From the IMG/VR virus record IMGVR_UViG_3300009103_001698, positions 17,937 to 81,936 of that record: 64,000 nucleotides of DNA; one strand, given 5' to 3'. Positions 27,215-38,377 of the stretch are shown here, in pieces. Position 1 is the stretch's first letter. Each line of letters starts with the position of its first letter. Below the pieces are notes generated by a model. The model saw only the letters and a program-made list of their open reading frames with translations, had not been told where the DNA came from and searched no databases. This DNA comes from a virus. The translations under genes were made by a program, and so were the position numbers.

Positions 27215-27826
27215 ATGGGCAGATCTGATGCGATACTTTATAGCCCCGGCGGGCTGTATACTTCGGTAGAACCAACCGGGGAAGTAGCATTATTGGGATT
27301 TCCAAACAACAACTACTTTCAAGGAGATTGCTATGATCAACAGCTGGGAAATTGGGAAATCAACTCAGAGTGGAAATTAAATAAAAGATATGATACTATT
27401 ATTTGTCTACGAACAGCATACTTTTCAAAAAACCCTAAAGATTTTATTGAGAGATGTTATGATCACTTAAACAAGAATGGTGTTTTGTATGTTGATTGGG
27501 GATTAGGTGACCATTGGAGGTTTGACGATTATAAAATTGGTTGGGTTAAAAGCGGAAAACAGGAATATGCTTATGGCGAAACCAATTATTTATGGTCAAC
27601 TGTATGGGACGATAGTTTTTTAAAGAATCAACAATTTAAGATTTATTCAAAACTTGTTAAGAAATTTGGGTATCACGATATAAAGCGGGCAATTTACGAT
27701 GAAGTTCCTTCCGTTCTAGAGTTAGAACAGATTAAAAACTATTTTAATATATCGTATAATATATTTGCATTATGGGAACAACAACCCCAGATTTATTTTT
27801 TTATTAAAGGAGAGAAAAATGGCTGA
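27215..27826 (+). CDS. degenerate SAM-dependent methyltransferase-like protein
   Basis: YDTIICL...L..NGVLYVD class I MTase-like strands; motif I weak. Confidence 0.45.
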   Translation: MGRSDAILYSPGGLYTSVEPTGEVALLGFPNNNYFQGDCYDQQLGNWEINSEWKLNKRYDTIICLRTAYFSKNPKDFIERCYDHLNKNGVLYVDWGLGDHWRFDDYKIGWVKSGKQEYAYGETNYLWSTVWDDSFLKNQQFKIYSKLVKKFGYHDIKRAIYDEVPSVLELEQIKNYFNISYNIFALWEQQPQIYFFIKGEKNG

Positions 27827-28817
27827 CAGAATACTAATAACAGGAGGCGCCGGTTTTATTGGTCATCATGTTATCGAAGAACTATTAAGAAAAACGGATT
27901 ATGATATTGTTTCCCTTGATCGCTTAGATCTCTCCGGAAATTTAAACCGCCTAGGCGAAGTCCTGGAAGAAAAACCAGAATGGAAATCTAGGTTGAACAT
28001 TGTTTGGCATGATTTAAAGGCTCCGATTAATGACATGGTGGCAAAGAAAATTGGAACAATTAACTATGTTTTACATTTAGCTGCTGGGTCACATGTGGAT
28101 CGTAGCATTGAATATCCAATGGAATTTGTGATGGATAATGTAGTTGGTACTACCAACATTTTGGATTTCGCTCGCTTACACTTGAAAAACTCGTTAAAAC
28201 TATTTCTTTATTTCAGTACTGACGAAGTGTTTGGTCCAGCACCTCCGGGAATTTTTTATGAAGAAGACGATCGATATCGATCTGGTAACCCGTATGCTGC
28301 TTCAAAAGCTGGAGCGGAAGAGCTTTGTATTGCTTACGAAAATACGTATAAGATGCCAATAATTGTAACACATACAATGAATGTGTTCGGCTTACGACAG
28401 CATCCTGAAAAATTCATTCCTATGATCGTTAAGAGAGTTAGAGACGGTGAAAAGATTTATGTACACGCAAATTCAGATTGTACTAAGGCTGGTTCTCGGC
28501 ACTATATTCACGCCGCCGATGTTGCAAATGCAGTATTTTTTCTGCTTGAAAATGGTGAATCTGGTCAAAAATATAACGTTGCTGGTTTAAATGAAACTGA
28601 CAATGAAGAATTAGTTAATATGATAGCAGATGTAATGAACAAAAAAGCGAATTATGAATTAATTGACTTTCACTCTGCCCGACCCGGCCATGATCTGCGG
28701 TATGCTTTATCTTCGGAAAAGATGAAAAATTTGGGATGGGTGCCACAGAAACCACTTCGTGAAAGAATAAAAGAAGTGGTTGATTGGACATTAGAGAATA
28801 ATAGGTGGCTCCTGTGA
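27819..28817 (+). CDS. rmlB: NDP-sugar 4,6-dehydratase (dTDP-glucose 4,6-dehydratase-like)
   Basis: TGGAGFIG, AAGSHVDRS, STDEV, YAASK, QHPEKFIP, RPGHDLRY; ATG 27819 with SD. Confidence 0.85.
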   Translation: MADRILITGGAGFIGHHVIEELLRKTDYDIVSLDRLDLSGNLNRLGEVLEEKPEWKSRLNIVWHDLKAPINDMVAKKIGTINYVLHLAAGSHVDRSIEYPMEFVMDNVVGTTNILDFARLHLKNSLKLFLYFSTDEVFGPAPPGIFYEEDDRYRSGNPYAASKAGAEELCIAYENTYKMPIIVTHTMNVFGLRQHPEKFIPMIVKRVRDGEKIYVHANSDCTKAGSRHYIHAADVANAVFFLLENGESGQKYNVAGLNETDNEELVNMIADVMNKKANYELIDFHSARPGHDLRYALSSEKMKNLGWVPQKPLRERIKEVVDWTLENNRWLL

Positions 28818-29572
28818 CGAATATTGATTTTATTGTCCCTTCCTACCACTCAAAGGCTCTAACTTCATTATGCATTAGTTCTTTTGAACAACATAAGGGC
28901 GATTTTAATTTTAGATATATTGTGGTAGAAAATTCGGATGATACTTCATACAAATCCGACATTCTAAAATTATCAGAAAATATAAAATGGGTACAAAATC
29001 CAATTCGTTTTCGTAATTCCGAAGCAAATGCTTCAGCTATTGTTACTGCTTTGGAACATATAGAGAGTGAATACGTTTTTATTTGTCATAATGACGTAGT
29101 TGCTTGTCATCCTGATTGGATGAAGCATTTGTTTTCAAAACTTAGTGAACAATGTCCTGTCGTCGGTACAGTGTTGGATAACATTAGAATTAATGCCGTA
29201 CACATTTCAGGATTACTTACATACACAAAAATTGCTAAAGAGGTTGAAATGTTTCCAATCTATGAAGATGGGAGACAGGTAGCCGATGTTGGTGATATGT
29301 TTACAGATTATTGTCGCAATAATAATTTAGATTATTATTGTTGTGAAAACACGCACAACAAGCCAGAACTAGAAAAGTCTTGCAAAATTCCTTACAATGA
29401 GTTATCATATGTAGATAGAGCTTTCGATGATGATGGAAAAATAGTTTTTCTTCACCTAGGAAGGGGATCCCCAAAGACGTTTGGTACATACAATAAAGAT
29501 AATCGTATGAAACTACATGGTTGGGTAGAGTTTATAGAAAGGAATATATTTAATGGTAGGAAGATTTTCTAA
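28805..29572 (+). CDS. GT2-like glycosyltransferase
   Basis: IVPSY, VVENS, HND (DxD-equivalent), DVG, HLGRG. Confidence 0.7.
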   Translation: MAPVTNIDFIVPSYHSKALTSLCISSFEQHKGDFNFRYIVVENSDDTSYKSDILKLSENIKWVQNPIRFRNSEANASAIVTALEHIESEYVFICHNDVVACHPDWMKHLFSKLSEQCPVVGTVLDNIRINAVHISGLLTYTKIAKEVEMFPIYEDGRQVADVGDMFTDYCRNNNLDYYCCENTHNKPELEKSCKIPYNELSYVDRAFDDDGKIVFLHLGRGSPKTFGTYNKDNRMKLHGWVEFIERNIFNGRKIF

Positions 29573-31292
29573 GTTAATTAAGATAGGGGGTAATGAAAAG
29601 ATTGTCCCCATCCATCCTAGCGTTTTAATAACCAACCCTAAACATGACGAACTAAATGGACTAAAGGTAACGTTCATAAATATGCCTCTTAGGGAAAGTG
29701 CTGCGCCAAACACTCCGCCCGAAGGTCCGGCAATACTATCTTCAATTTTGAGACAGTACGGAGCAGAACCAAGTATCATTGACTTAAATGGTTATCGCAT
29801 TAAAGATGAAGATTCAAAAAAGAGGGGTTTACCAAACGGTCGACACCTAACTTACCGCGAAGCAAAAGAAATGATTGAAGCTCACTTAAACCAGAAGGGA
29901 GATCAGGATTTAATTGCTTTCTCTGGTAAGATTACTACACTTAAGTGGCAAGAAGAAATAGCAAAAATCGTAAGAAAACTTCAACCAACCTGCTTTTTGG
30001 TAACCGGTGGAGGATTGGCTACAGAAATTAAATCAGGTCTTTTCAACTGGATTCCAGAACTTGATGCGATTGGACGCTCAGAAGGCGATGACATAATTCT
30101 ACTGATAGCGAGAGATGTTAAAATCATCAAACAAAAGGGGTTGGAAAACGCAGTGAAGTCGAATGAAATTAGTCCGTATTATGTTGGTGAATTTTTAAAC
30201 AAGCACCGGTTTATTTATGAGGGCAACCGACCAAAAGATTTAGATTCAATACCCTATCCAGCATGGGATTTGTTAGAAAACGATCCATATGGTTATAATC
30301 TTTTGGAGGATTATATAAACATACCTGTTTGGGGTGTTGCGGCTAATAATAGCTCTGCTGCTCCATTTAAAATGAAGAGAAGTTTGACAACTGTCAGTAG
30401 TCGTGGCTGTCCATACTCATGTGCTTTTTGTTATAGAGGGGCACAAGGCGAAAAGAAGTATGGAGTGCGGTCCCTACACCATATAGCAGAACAAGTAAGG
30501 GGTTATGTAGATAAGTACAATCTAGACTTCATTGGTTTTCCAGACGACAACTTCGCAGTTAGTAAAAAAAGAATTCAAAAAATACCAGAGGTTTTTAAAG
30601 AATACGGACTAGATGAAATTAAATGGGGAACTCACACTCGTATGGATGAAGCAGATGAACGAGCTTTTCACATGGCAGAGGGAGGGTGTGTTTACATAGG
30701 ATTCGGGGCGGAATCAGCAGATCCTCATACTCTCACACATATGCAGAAAGGTGGCTTTATTCTAAAAAATGGACTGACTGAAAAAAAGGTTAATGGCACT
30801 AAATACAACTTTCCGACTACCATGGTCACTGCCGTACAGAATTGTAAATCCGCCGGCATTCATGCTAATTGTACTTGGATCATGGCATATCCCGGAGAAG
30901 AATTACAACATCTTAAGACCAGTGTTGCTTTTATACTTTGGCAACAAAGATTTTGGACAAAACACTTGACAACAGGAACAGAACAGTATAAAATAGCTAA
31001 GGACTCAGTGAATAGAAAGATGTTTACTGCGACTGCTTATCCTGGAACTACAATGTGGAAAGTTGTTAAAAAAGAACTACAAGAACATTTTGATATATCA
31101 TACAATAGTATGGCAGAACCAATTTGTGATGAAAAGTTTCACAAATATGTTTTAGAATTAGATGACGCCACAAAAGTTTTAAATAACAAAGATGGAGATC
31201 CAGTTAATTTTGGTGGCATGCCGATGGATACATTTTTACAAGCTAGGGAACACATCGACAGTGATCAGATTGAGAAAATACTTGAGATGTAA
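29553..31292 (+). CDS. B12-binding radical SAM enzyme (class B type)
   Basis: SRGCPYSCAFC, FPDDNF, GAES, YPG; N-terminal cobalamin-binding-like region (GG..AT, EGD). Confidence 0.85.
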   Translation: MVGRFSKLIKIGGNEKIVPIHPSVLITNPKHDELNGLKVTFINMPLRESAAPNTPPEGPAILSSILRQYGAEPSIIDLNGYRIKDEDSKKRGLPNGRHLTYREAKEMIEAHLNQKGDQDLIAFSGKITTLKWQEEIAKIVRKLQPTCFLVTGGGLATEIKSGLFNWIPELDAIGRSEGDDIILLIARDVKIIKQKGLENAVKSNEISPYYVGEFLNKHRFIYEGNRPKDLDSIPYPAWDLLENDPYGYNLLEDYINIPVWGVAANNSSAAPFKMKRSLTTVSSRGCPYSCAFCYRGAQGEKKYGVRSLHHIAEQVRGYVDKYNLDFIGFPDDNFAVSKKRIQKIPEVFKEYGLDEIKWGTHTRMDEADERAFHMAEGGCVYIGFGAESADPHTLTHMQKGGFILKNGLTEKKVNGTKYNFPTTMVTAVQNCKSAGIHANCTWIMAYPGEELQHLKTSVAFILWQQRFWTKHLTTGTEQYKIAKDSVNRKMFTATAYPGTTMWKVVKKELQEHFDISYNSMAEPICDEKFHKYVLELDDATKVLNNKDGDPVNFGGMPMDTFLQAREHIDSDQIEKILEM

Positions 31293-31309
31293 CAAACAGG
31301 GGGGAACTA

Positions 31310-32146
31310 ATGAGTACATTTATAATTGCAGAAATAGGAATTAATCACAATGGTGATATGGGAATTGTGAAGAAATTAATCGATGCTGCCGCCGATAGTG
31401 GCTGTGACGCGGTAAAATTTCAAAAAAGAACAATTGACGTGGTATACACAAAGAAAGATTTGGATCGTCCCCGGGAAAGCCCATGGGGAACAACTAACCG
31501 AGAACAAAAAAATGGGTTGGAATTTACCGCAAGTCAGTATGATGAAATTGATAGCTATTGTCGAGAAAGGGGAATTGAATGGTTTGCCTCTGCTTGGGAC
31601 TTAGAAAGTCAGGAGTTTTTGAAAAAATACGATCTAAAGTATAACAAAGTTGCTTCTGCTCTTCTTACCCACAAAGAACTTCTAAAAAGTATTGCTTCTG
31701 AACACAGATATACTTTTATATCAACCGGTATGAGTACGTTGCAACAAATTGAAGAAGCTGTAAAAATCTTCAAAGATGTGGGCTGTCCCTATGAATTGAT
31801 GCATTGTAACAGTACCTATCCGATGCCTCCCGAATATGCGAACCTTAATACTATGGCTACGCTTCGTGATAAGTTTAATTGCAAAGTCGGTTATAGTGGA
31901 CATGAATCAGGTATTATTATTAGCTGCGCAGCTGCTGCTTTGGGCGCCAGTTCTTTGGAAAGACATATAACGCTGGATAGAGCAATGTATGGTTCGGATC
32001 AAGCTGCATCTTTAGAAATTACTGGTCTTAAAAGGTTGGTTGATTATGTTCGAGAAATTCAAGTTGCCCTGGGTGACGGTGAAAAGAGAGTAACCGAAAC
32101 AGAAAAAGCTATAGCAAAGAAACTTAGAAGGGTTGACTCTCTATAA
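31310..32146 (+). CDS. neuB: N-acetylneuraminate synthase family (NeuB/SpsE), lacking the C-terminal antifreeze-like domain
   Basis: IAEIGINHNGD, VKFQ, ISTGM, HCNSTYP, GYSGHE, ERHITLD; only 278 aa. Confidence 0.9.
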   Translation: MSTFIIAEIGINHNGDMGIVKKLIDAAADSGCDAVKFQKRTIDVVYTKKDLDRPRESPWGTTNREQKNGLEFTASQYDEIDSYCRERGIEWFASAWDLESQEFLKKYDLKYNKVASALLTHKELLKSIASEHRYTFISTGMSTLQQIEEAVKIFKDVGCPYELMHCNSTYPMPPEYANLNTMATLRDKFNCKVGYSGHESGIIISCAAAALGASSLERHITLDRAMYGSDQAASLEITGLKRLVDYVREIQVALGDGEKRVTETEKAIAKKLRRVDSL

Positions 32147-32147
32147 A

Positions 32148-33116
32148 ATGAATGATATCATACTAGAACAAGTTGGTCTTTCTCATTATGATAGCATCGA
32201 CTTTTTCCCTAGGAAAATTAAGTTACGAAAAGGAAAGGAAACAATCCTTTGGGTACATCAACCATCTGGCCACGGGGTCTTAGATTCAGAAAATTGGCCA
32301 ACGGAAGCTTATTATGAAGAAGAATATCGAGAAGAATTTAGCGCCAACTCGGATGGAAGAAAAATAGAGACAGACAAACACTTTGAAATATTCAAAAAGA
32401 TAAATAAAAAACAATTTGAAGTTTTTTCTGGGTTAATAAACCCCGAAACAAAATTCTTAGAGATCGGACCATCTCACGGAGGAATCATAGAACATGTTTC
32501 GAAATCTAGTGTTAAGTGTTATCACGCAGTCGAACCAAACAAAGAAGATGCTTTTTATTTAAAGAAAAAATACCCAGAACTTAAAATTTATAATTCTCTC
32601 TTGGAGAAAATAGAACTTACAGAAGATTATTATGATACAGTGGTAAGTTTTGAAGTTTTGGAACATACTTTATCCCCGGTAAAATTTCTTAATATTTTAA
32701 ATCGTAGTATGAATAATAAAGCTAATCTTGTTCTGGAAGTTCCAAACCACGACGACGTTTTATTGAGTTGTTATAACGAAGACATTACATATAAAGATTT
32801 TTATTATCACAAGGCCCATATACATTACTTCACAAAAACATCCCTAAAAGAGATGTGTGAACAGTGTGGTTTTACCGGAAATGTCACAAGTTTTTTAATG
32901 TACCCATTCTTTAATCACGTATATTGGGTTCAAAATTCGGGTCCACAAGCAACAGCGGCGCTAGCCCTTTCCCTACCGAAGTCAACATCATTATCTACTA
33001 ACATACAAAAAAAGATAAATAATTTTTATCAAGATGTAGAAGAACAATATGAACAGCTAATAAATTCTAACGGTGTTGGTGATTGTTTAATTTTTAAGGG
33101 TATAAAAAATGGATAA
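32148..33116 (+). CDS. class I SAM-dependent methyltransferase
   Basis: LEIGPSHG, VEPN, FEVLEH, EVPN, HIHYFT. Confidence 0.8.
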   Translation: MNDIILEQVGLSHYDSIDFFPRKIKLRKGKETILWVHQPSGHGVLDSENWPTEAYYEEEYREEFSANSDGRKIETDKHFEIFKKINKKQFEVFSGLINPETKFLEIGPSHGGIIEHVSKSSVKCYHAVEPNKEDAFYLKKKYPELKIYNSLLEKIELTEDYYDTVVSFEVLEHTLSPVKFLNILNRSMNNKANLVLEVPNHDDVLLSCYNEDITYKDFYYHKAHIHYFTKTSLKEMCEQCGFTGNVTSFLMYPFFNHVYWVQNSGPQATAALALSLPKSTSLSTNIQKKINNFYQDVEEQYEQLINSNGVGDCLIFKGIKNG

Positions 33117-33834
33117 AATTACTGCCATCATTCCGGCTAGAGGTGGTAGTAAAGGAGTACCAGGAAAGAATATAAAAACACTAAATGGGTTTCCATTAAT
33201 AGCTTATTCTATTATCGCATGCAAAAAATGTGAAGCAATAAACAGAGTGATTGTTTCTACCGACAGTAAAGAAATAGCAGCAATTGCGGAACAGTATGGT
33301 GCAGAGGTACCATTTCTTAGACCGTCAGAATATGCTCAAGACAATTCTAAAGATTATGATGTTATAAAGCACTTTTTTGAACAGGTAAGTGTTAATGAAG
33401 TAGCCTATTTGAGACCAACGACACCTCTTAGAGAACCTAAAAAGATGACAGAGTATGTAAAATTCTTTCTTGAGAACCGGGAAAAGATGTCTGGGCTTAG
33501 GTCGATGCATGAACTGCCAGAACCACCATACAAGGTGTTTAAAATAGAAGATGGGTATTGTAGAGGGTTTTTTAAAGATTATAAAGGAATTAAGGATTAT
33601 ACAAACCTACCAAGACAAACCTTCCCAAAGGGTTACCAACCAAATGGTTATTTGGATATTTCTAAAAGAGAACAAGTAGAAACTAGCGATAGTGCTTTTG
33701 GTGTAGAAATAATGCCAGTTATAACCGATCACGTAACAGAGATTGATATGGAATATGAATTTAAATTATTGGAATTTCAAATTTCATTAGGAAACAATGT
33801 TTTATTAGAGGAACTAAAGAGGGAATTTAAATGA
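33109..33834 (+). CDS. neuA: acylneuraminate cytidylyltransferase (CMP-nonulosonate synthetase)
   Basis: IPARGGSKGVPGKN, VSTD, PFLRP, LRPTTPLR, PRQ, EID. Confidence 0.9.
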   Translation: MDKITAIIPARGGSKGVPGKNIKTLNGFPLIAYSIIACKKCEAINRVIVSTDSKEIAAIAEQYGAEVPFLRPSEYAQDNSKDYDVIKHFFEQVSVNEVAYLRPTTPLREPKKMTEYVKFFLENREKMSGLRSMHELPEPPYKVFKIEDGYCRGFFKDYKGIKDYTNLPRQTFPKGYQPNGYLDISKREQVETSDSAFGVEIMPVITDHVTEIDMEYEFKLLEFQISLGNNVLLEELKREFK

Positions 33835-35087
33835 TAAATACGGAACACAGAACAATATATGATGATTTTCAACTAGATGAAGATTTAACACAAATACATC
33901 CCAGTAAGTATGAATCAAACAATTTGAGATCACAGCTACCAATTGAGTGGCATAGAGCAAAAGATTTTAATGTATATGATGAACGAGGAAATAAGTGGAT
34001 TGATTTAACAGCGGGTATTTTTGCGACAAACACAGGTCACTCAAATCCTGTAATAAATGATGCAATCAAAAAACAATTGGACTCAGATTTGTCATTTTCT
34101 TTTCTGTATCCAACAAAGATAAGAAGAGAGTTCGCCAAAACGCTGCTGGATGCCTCTCCCGATCACTTTGAGAAGGTGGCAATTTTAAATACTGGTAGTG
34201 AAGCAACGGACATTGCGTATAAGGCAATTAAGAGATGGGCTCGAAAAAATAATAAAAAATACATTATCTGTTATGAGCGTAGCTACCATGGTAGGGTTCT
34301 TAGTTCTGATTTAATCTGTGGTGACGCAGAGAGTAGTGAATGGTCAAATGTTGTTGATGACGACGTTTTCTTTATTAAATTCCCATACAAAGAGGACGAT
34401 CAATTTGATCCAAGTATTCTTCCGCCGGCTGATCAAATTGCTGCATTCTTTTTAGAGACGTACCAAGGCTGGGGAGCTTGGATGTATCCAAAACAATATA
34501 TTGATGATCTGTATGCCTTCACCAAAGAGAACAACATTCTAACTTGCTTCGATGAAATCCAGGCGGGATTGTATAGAATGGGGGCAATGTACGGTTACAT
34601 GACCTATGGTGAACAAATCAAGCCAGACATTATTTGTCTAGCAAAGGCGTTGTCTTCGCCCCTTCCTCTGTCCGTGGTGATGAGTACTAAAGAAATTTTA
34701 GATGATACTCCAAAGATCGGCGGAACTCATGCCGGCAATCCACTTTGTTGTGCGGCATCAATTGCAAACATTAAATTCTTAACTGATGACGACTTTCAAA
34801 AAGAGTTGAAAGTAAAGTATGAAATTTTTGAAACGCGGTTAAAAGATTTAGAAAGGTATAGTATAATTGAGACCATTAATGTTAGGGGTATGGTAGCGGG
34901 ACTTATTTTTAACGAGGTACCTGATGCTACCAAAACAGTGTTGGAGTGTATCAAAAGAGGAGTAATGCCGGTAAATACTTGGTCCACGTCTATTAAAATT
35001 GGTCCACCACTGACAATAAGCATCTCTGCTTTAAATGAAGCGATTGATGTAATAGAAAGTATTATTAGCGAAATAAACAACAATTAG
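33831..35087 (+). CDS. class III PLP-dependent aminotransferase
   Basis: TGSEA, SYHG, FDEIQAG, PDIICLAKAL, THAGNP. Confidence 0.88.
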   Translation: MINTEHRTIYDDFQLDEDLTQIHPSKYESNNLRSQLPIEWHRAKDFNVYDERGNKWIDLTAGIFATNTGHSNPVINDAIKKQLDSDLSFSFLYPTKIRREFAKTLLDASPDHFEKVAILNTGSEATDIAYKAIKRWARKNNKKYIICYERSYHGRVLSSDLICGDAESSEWSNVVDDDVFFIKFPYKEDDQFDPSILPPADQIAAFFLETYQGWGAWMYPKQYIDDLYAFTKENNILTCFDEIQAGLYRMGAMYGYMTYGEQIKPDIICLAKALSSPLPLSVVMSTKEILDDTPKIGGTHAGNPLCCAASIANIKFLTDDDFQKELKVKYEIFETRLKDLERYSIIETINVRGMVAGLIFNEVPDATKTVLECIKRGVMPVNTWSTSIKIGPPLTISISALNEAIDVIESIISEINNN

Positions 35088-35096
35088 GAGGATACT

Positions 35097-35534
35097 ATGG
35101 CTGCAAACATTAGGCACATAGGGCTTACTGTAAGCAATTTAGATGAAGCTTTAAAGTTTTATGTTGATGTATTGGGTTTTGAGATTTATAAAACAGCGGA
35201 AGAGGGAGGAAAATGTTTAGACAACTTTTCTTCTCTTGCAGATGTGAATGTAACGACAGTAAAAATGTCAGATAAAAATAATAATGTATTGGAACTTTTG
35301 CATTATAAATCACACCCGGAAAAGCCATATAATAATAGAGAGCGTAGAATAAGTGAGATAGGGTGTTCTCATTTTGCTTTAACGGTAGATGATTTGGATA
35401 ATTTATACGAAACACTAGTTAATCGCGGAATAAAATTTAATTACCCAGTTCAAATATCTCCCGATGGTAATGTTAAAGTTGCTTTTTGTAGAGACCCAGA
35501 TGGTACTCTTATTGAAATGGTTGAGGAACTATAA
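35097..35534 (+). CDS. VOC/glyoxalase family protein
   Basis: HIGLTV, LELL, HFAL.V, RDPDG..IE. Confidence 0.85.
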   Translation: MAANIRHIGLTVSNLDEALKFYVDVLGFEIYKTAEEGGKCLDNFSSLADVNVTTVKMSDKNNNVLELLHYKSHPEKPYNNRERRISEIGCSHFALTVDDLDNLYETLVNRGIKFNYPVQISPDGNVKVAFCRDPDGTLIEMVEEL

Positions 35535-36298
35535 TGACATATGTTGAAGAGATGTTCTCTTTGAAGAATAAAAAAGCTATAGTAACCGGCGCCAAAAGAG
35601 GCATAGGAAATGCTATAGCCACAGCACTTTATAAAGCCGGCGCTGAAGTTCTTGCCGTCGACAAATTGGAAATCTTAGATGAACCCTTTGACAGTTATAA
35701 ATGTAATGTTAAAAGCAAAGAAGATATATACGAACTAATCAAATATTGTAAAGATAAATTTGACACAATTGATATTCTAGTTAATAATGCTGGTGTTGGG
35801 TTTGGTCATAGTTTTTTAGATTATCCGCTTGAGGATTGGGATACAACTTACAAGGTGAATTTACTGGCTCCTTTTCTTCTCACACAAGGTTTGGCACCAC
35901 TCTTAATAAAAAATAAAAAAGGATCTATTATAAACATAACAAGCCTAAACGCAGAGATGGCATTTCCAGATAACCCTGCTTATCCGGCTACCAAAGGTGG
36001 ACTTAAAATGTTAACAAAATCTTTTGCTTATGAACTTGGAAAACACAACATTCGAGTTAATAACATTGGCCCCGGGTATTTTAAGACAGAATTTCATAAA
36101 CAAGATGGTCGCTTACAAAAGCTTAATTGGGAGGACTCCACGGTACTAAGCGAGAGATCTGCTAAAACGTTATTGGGGCGCTGGGGTGAGCCAAAAGATA
36201 TTGCTGGTCTAGCTGTGTTCTTATGTTCAAATTGTTCAGATTACATTACCGGACAGGACATTTATGTTGATGGCGGTTGGCTGACCAAAGGTCTATAA
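35534..36298 (+). CDS. short-chain dehydrogenase/reductase
   Basis: TGAKRGIG, NNAG, YPATK, PG, VDGG. Confidence 0.9.
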   Translation: MTYVEEMFSLKNKKAIVTGAKRGIGNAIATALYKAGAEVLAVDKLEILDEPFDSYKCNVKSKEDIYELIKYCKDKFDTIDILVNNAGVGFGHSFLDYPLEDWDTTYKVNLLAPFLLTQGLAPLLIKNKKGSIINITSLNAEMAFPDNPAYPATKGGLKMLTKSFAYELGKHNIRVNNIGPGYFKTEFHKQDGRLQKLNWEDSTVLSERSAKTLLGRWGEPKDIAGLAVFLCSNCSDYITGQDIYVDGGWLTKGL

Positions 36299-36300
36299 AC

Positions 36301-36906
36301 ATGTACAACAAAAAACCCGAAAGATATGATTGGATTCAATGGTTAATAGAAAATAATAATTATAAGAAGTTTTTAGAAATTGGTTGCCATGAAGGAAAAA
36401 CTTTTAGAAGAATAACCTGTGATGTAAAGCATTCAGTCGACCCTGCTACAAGAACTCGCCACGGGCGCAAGCCAATTCCGGCAACTCATAGAATGACATC
36501 AGATGAATTTTTCAAAAATTTGGGTTCTAAGGATAAATATGATATTATTTTTATTGATGGATTACACACAGAAGAGCAGGCCACAAAAGACACTGAAAAT
36601 GCATTAAAACATTTAACCCCGAAAGGAATCATTCTTTTTCATGATGTCGATCCCCCTGATAAAAGAAGTTGCAATTCAGATACGTGTTGGAGATCGTTTG
36701 TCAAATTAAGGACAAGAAAGGATTTAGATACATGTGTGTACCCCTTCAGGGAAATAACAGAATCTGTTGGATTTTTAAAAGTACGTAAAAATTCTAATTT
36801 GCTTACTGCGAAATTGAAAAGTTTAGAATGGAAAGATTTGAAGAAAAATAGAGAAAAATGGTTAAACTTTAAACAAGAAGATGAAATAAAAAAATGGTCG
36901 GAATGA
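36301..36906 (+). CDS. class I methyltransferase (Methyltransf_24-like)
   Basis: LEIG, VDP, TSDEFF, IFIDGLH, HD. Confidence 0.75.
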   Translation: MYNKKPERYDWIQWLIENNNYKKFLEIGCHEGKTFRRITCDVKHSVDPATRTRHGRKPIPATHRMTSDEFFKNLGSKDKYDIIFIDGLHTEEQATKDTENALKHLTPKGIILFHDVDPPDKRSCNSDTCWRSFVKLRTRKDLDTCVYPFREITESVGFLKVRKNSNLLTAKLKSLEWKDLKKNREKWLNFKQEDEIKKWSE

Positions 36907-37244
36907 AACACGTCGAAAAAGGATGGGGATACGAGAAATGGATCGTTAATTGCGAAAAATACTGTGGTAAACTCTTATTTTTTAACAAAGATAAGCGATG
37001 CTCTTGGCACTATCACAAAATAAAAGACGAAGTGTTTTATCTACAATCAGGACTAATGAAAGTTTATTATTCAGAGGATGATGACTTAGAAAATGCTAAG
37101 GAACTGATCTTAACTCCTGGTCAAAACTTTCATGTTTATGTTGGCTTACGCCATCAAATGATTGCTTTAGAGGACAGTGAGCTTTTTGAGTTTTCAACTC
37201 AACATTTTGACAGCGACAGCTATAGGATAGTGAAGGGAGATTAA
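36903..37244 (+). CDS. cupin (sugar isomerase-like)
   Basis: KGWG.E, SWHYHKIKDE, RH, EFST. Confidence 0.75.
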   Translation: MKHVEKGWGYEKWIVNCEKYCGKLLFFNKDKRCSWHYHKIKDEVFYLQSGLMKVYYSEDDDLENAKELILTPGQNFHVYVGLRHQMIALEDSELFEFSTQHFDSDSYRIVKGD

Positions 37245-38377
37245 TGAAAGAATCTTATGATGTAGTAATGTATTTTTATTGGGCACACCCACACATTGTC
37301 CATAAATACTTATCTTTACATAATAAGCTATTAGAAAATAATTGTTCTGTCATGACCATTTTAGGTAAAGGTGAATTTGGTATTGATGAAGAACACTTTC
37401 TTCACTTTGACGAAAAGTACCGCAAAGATGTTTACTTGCAGAGTATGGAAGATGCACTAGAGACACTACAAAAAGTGGATTATAAGGTGGCTGTGTTGAG
37501 TTCTAACGGCAGAAAAGGCTTTGTTAATGAAGATGGACATGAACCACCACCTTTGGGCGCTAGGGCGCCAAACATCGGCAAAGATGTTAAGATAGCAAAA
37601 GACAAGGGCGCGAAAACAATACAGATTAGTGAAATGATAACAGACTTTTATTATGCCGGCGCAGACATAGCTAGTTTAGTTAGCCCGCACATGAGAGAAT
37701 TACACATAAATTCAAAACACTATAGTTTGTATCATAGGTATCAGTGGCGCCCATTTAACGCAAATCCAGAACCTGAATACATATATTCGAATTGTTTGTT
37801 GTGGGACAATACAGACGATTGTCTTCCTCCGATGCCAAAAGAAGAATTTTGTGAGAAGTATGATCTAGATCCTAATAAGGAAATCTTTGTATGGCTGCCC
37901 ACAATGCCACAGTCGATGTCGCAAGAGGCTTATAAAAAAGTATGTCAATTGGATAATGTTATTATTAAGCTTCACCCTAATGAATATCGAAGGCTGGCAG
38001 CGAATAGGCACGACCATAAGTGGTCTTATGAAATTTGTGGAATTGAAAACCCTAGAATTTTAGACCCAATTGATACACACTGGTGTTATAAATATGCTGC
38101 CTGTGTTATAGGCTGTAAGACCAGCGCTAGCATTGAAATGCCGCTATACAATACTCCATTTTTATACGTTGGCAGCCGAGGCTTTACTTGGAGTAATTTA
38201 TTTCATAAATTTGGCCACCGGTGCGATATATCGGAGTTAGACGAATTTATCAGACAAAAGAAATATAATAATAAAATTTCAGAAATAGAAGATTATTACT
38301 ATAAAAGGATTTTGATGGATCCAGATAAATCATCAGCAGAACTATTAACAGAACAAATAACAGGATTTATAAAATGA
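37244..38377 (+). CDS. putative GT-B transferase, candidate CMP-nonulosonate transferase
   Basis: WLPT...IKLHPNE...TSASIE pattern of TagF/KpsC/KpsS/sialyltransferase-like GT-B proteins; lies in the neuA/neuB cluster. Confidence 0.45.
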   Translation: MKESYDVVMYFYWAHPHIVHKYLSLHNKLLENNCSVMTILGKGEFGIDEEHFLHFDEKYRKDVYLQSMEDALETLQKVDYKVAVLSSNGRKGFVNEDGHEPPPLGARAPNIGKDVKIAKDKGAKTIQISEMITDFYYAGADIASLVSPHMRELHINSKHYSLYHRYQWRPFNANPEPEYIYSNCLLWDNTDDCLPPMPKEEFCEKYDLDPNKEIFVWLPTMPQSMSQEAYKKVCQLDNVIIKLHPNEYRRLAANRHDHKWSYEICGIENPRILDPIDTHWCYKYAACVIGCKTSASIEMPLYNTPFLYVGSRGFTWSNLFHKFGHRCDISELDEFIRQKKYNNKISEIEDYYYKRILMDPDKSSAELLTEQITGFIK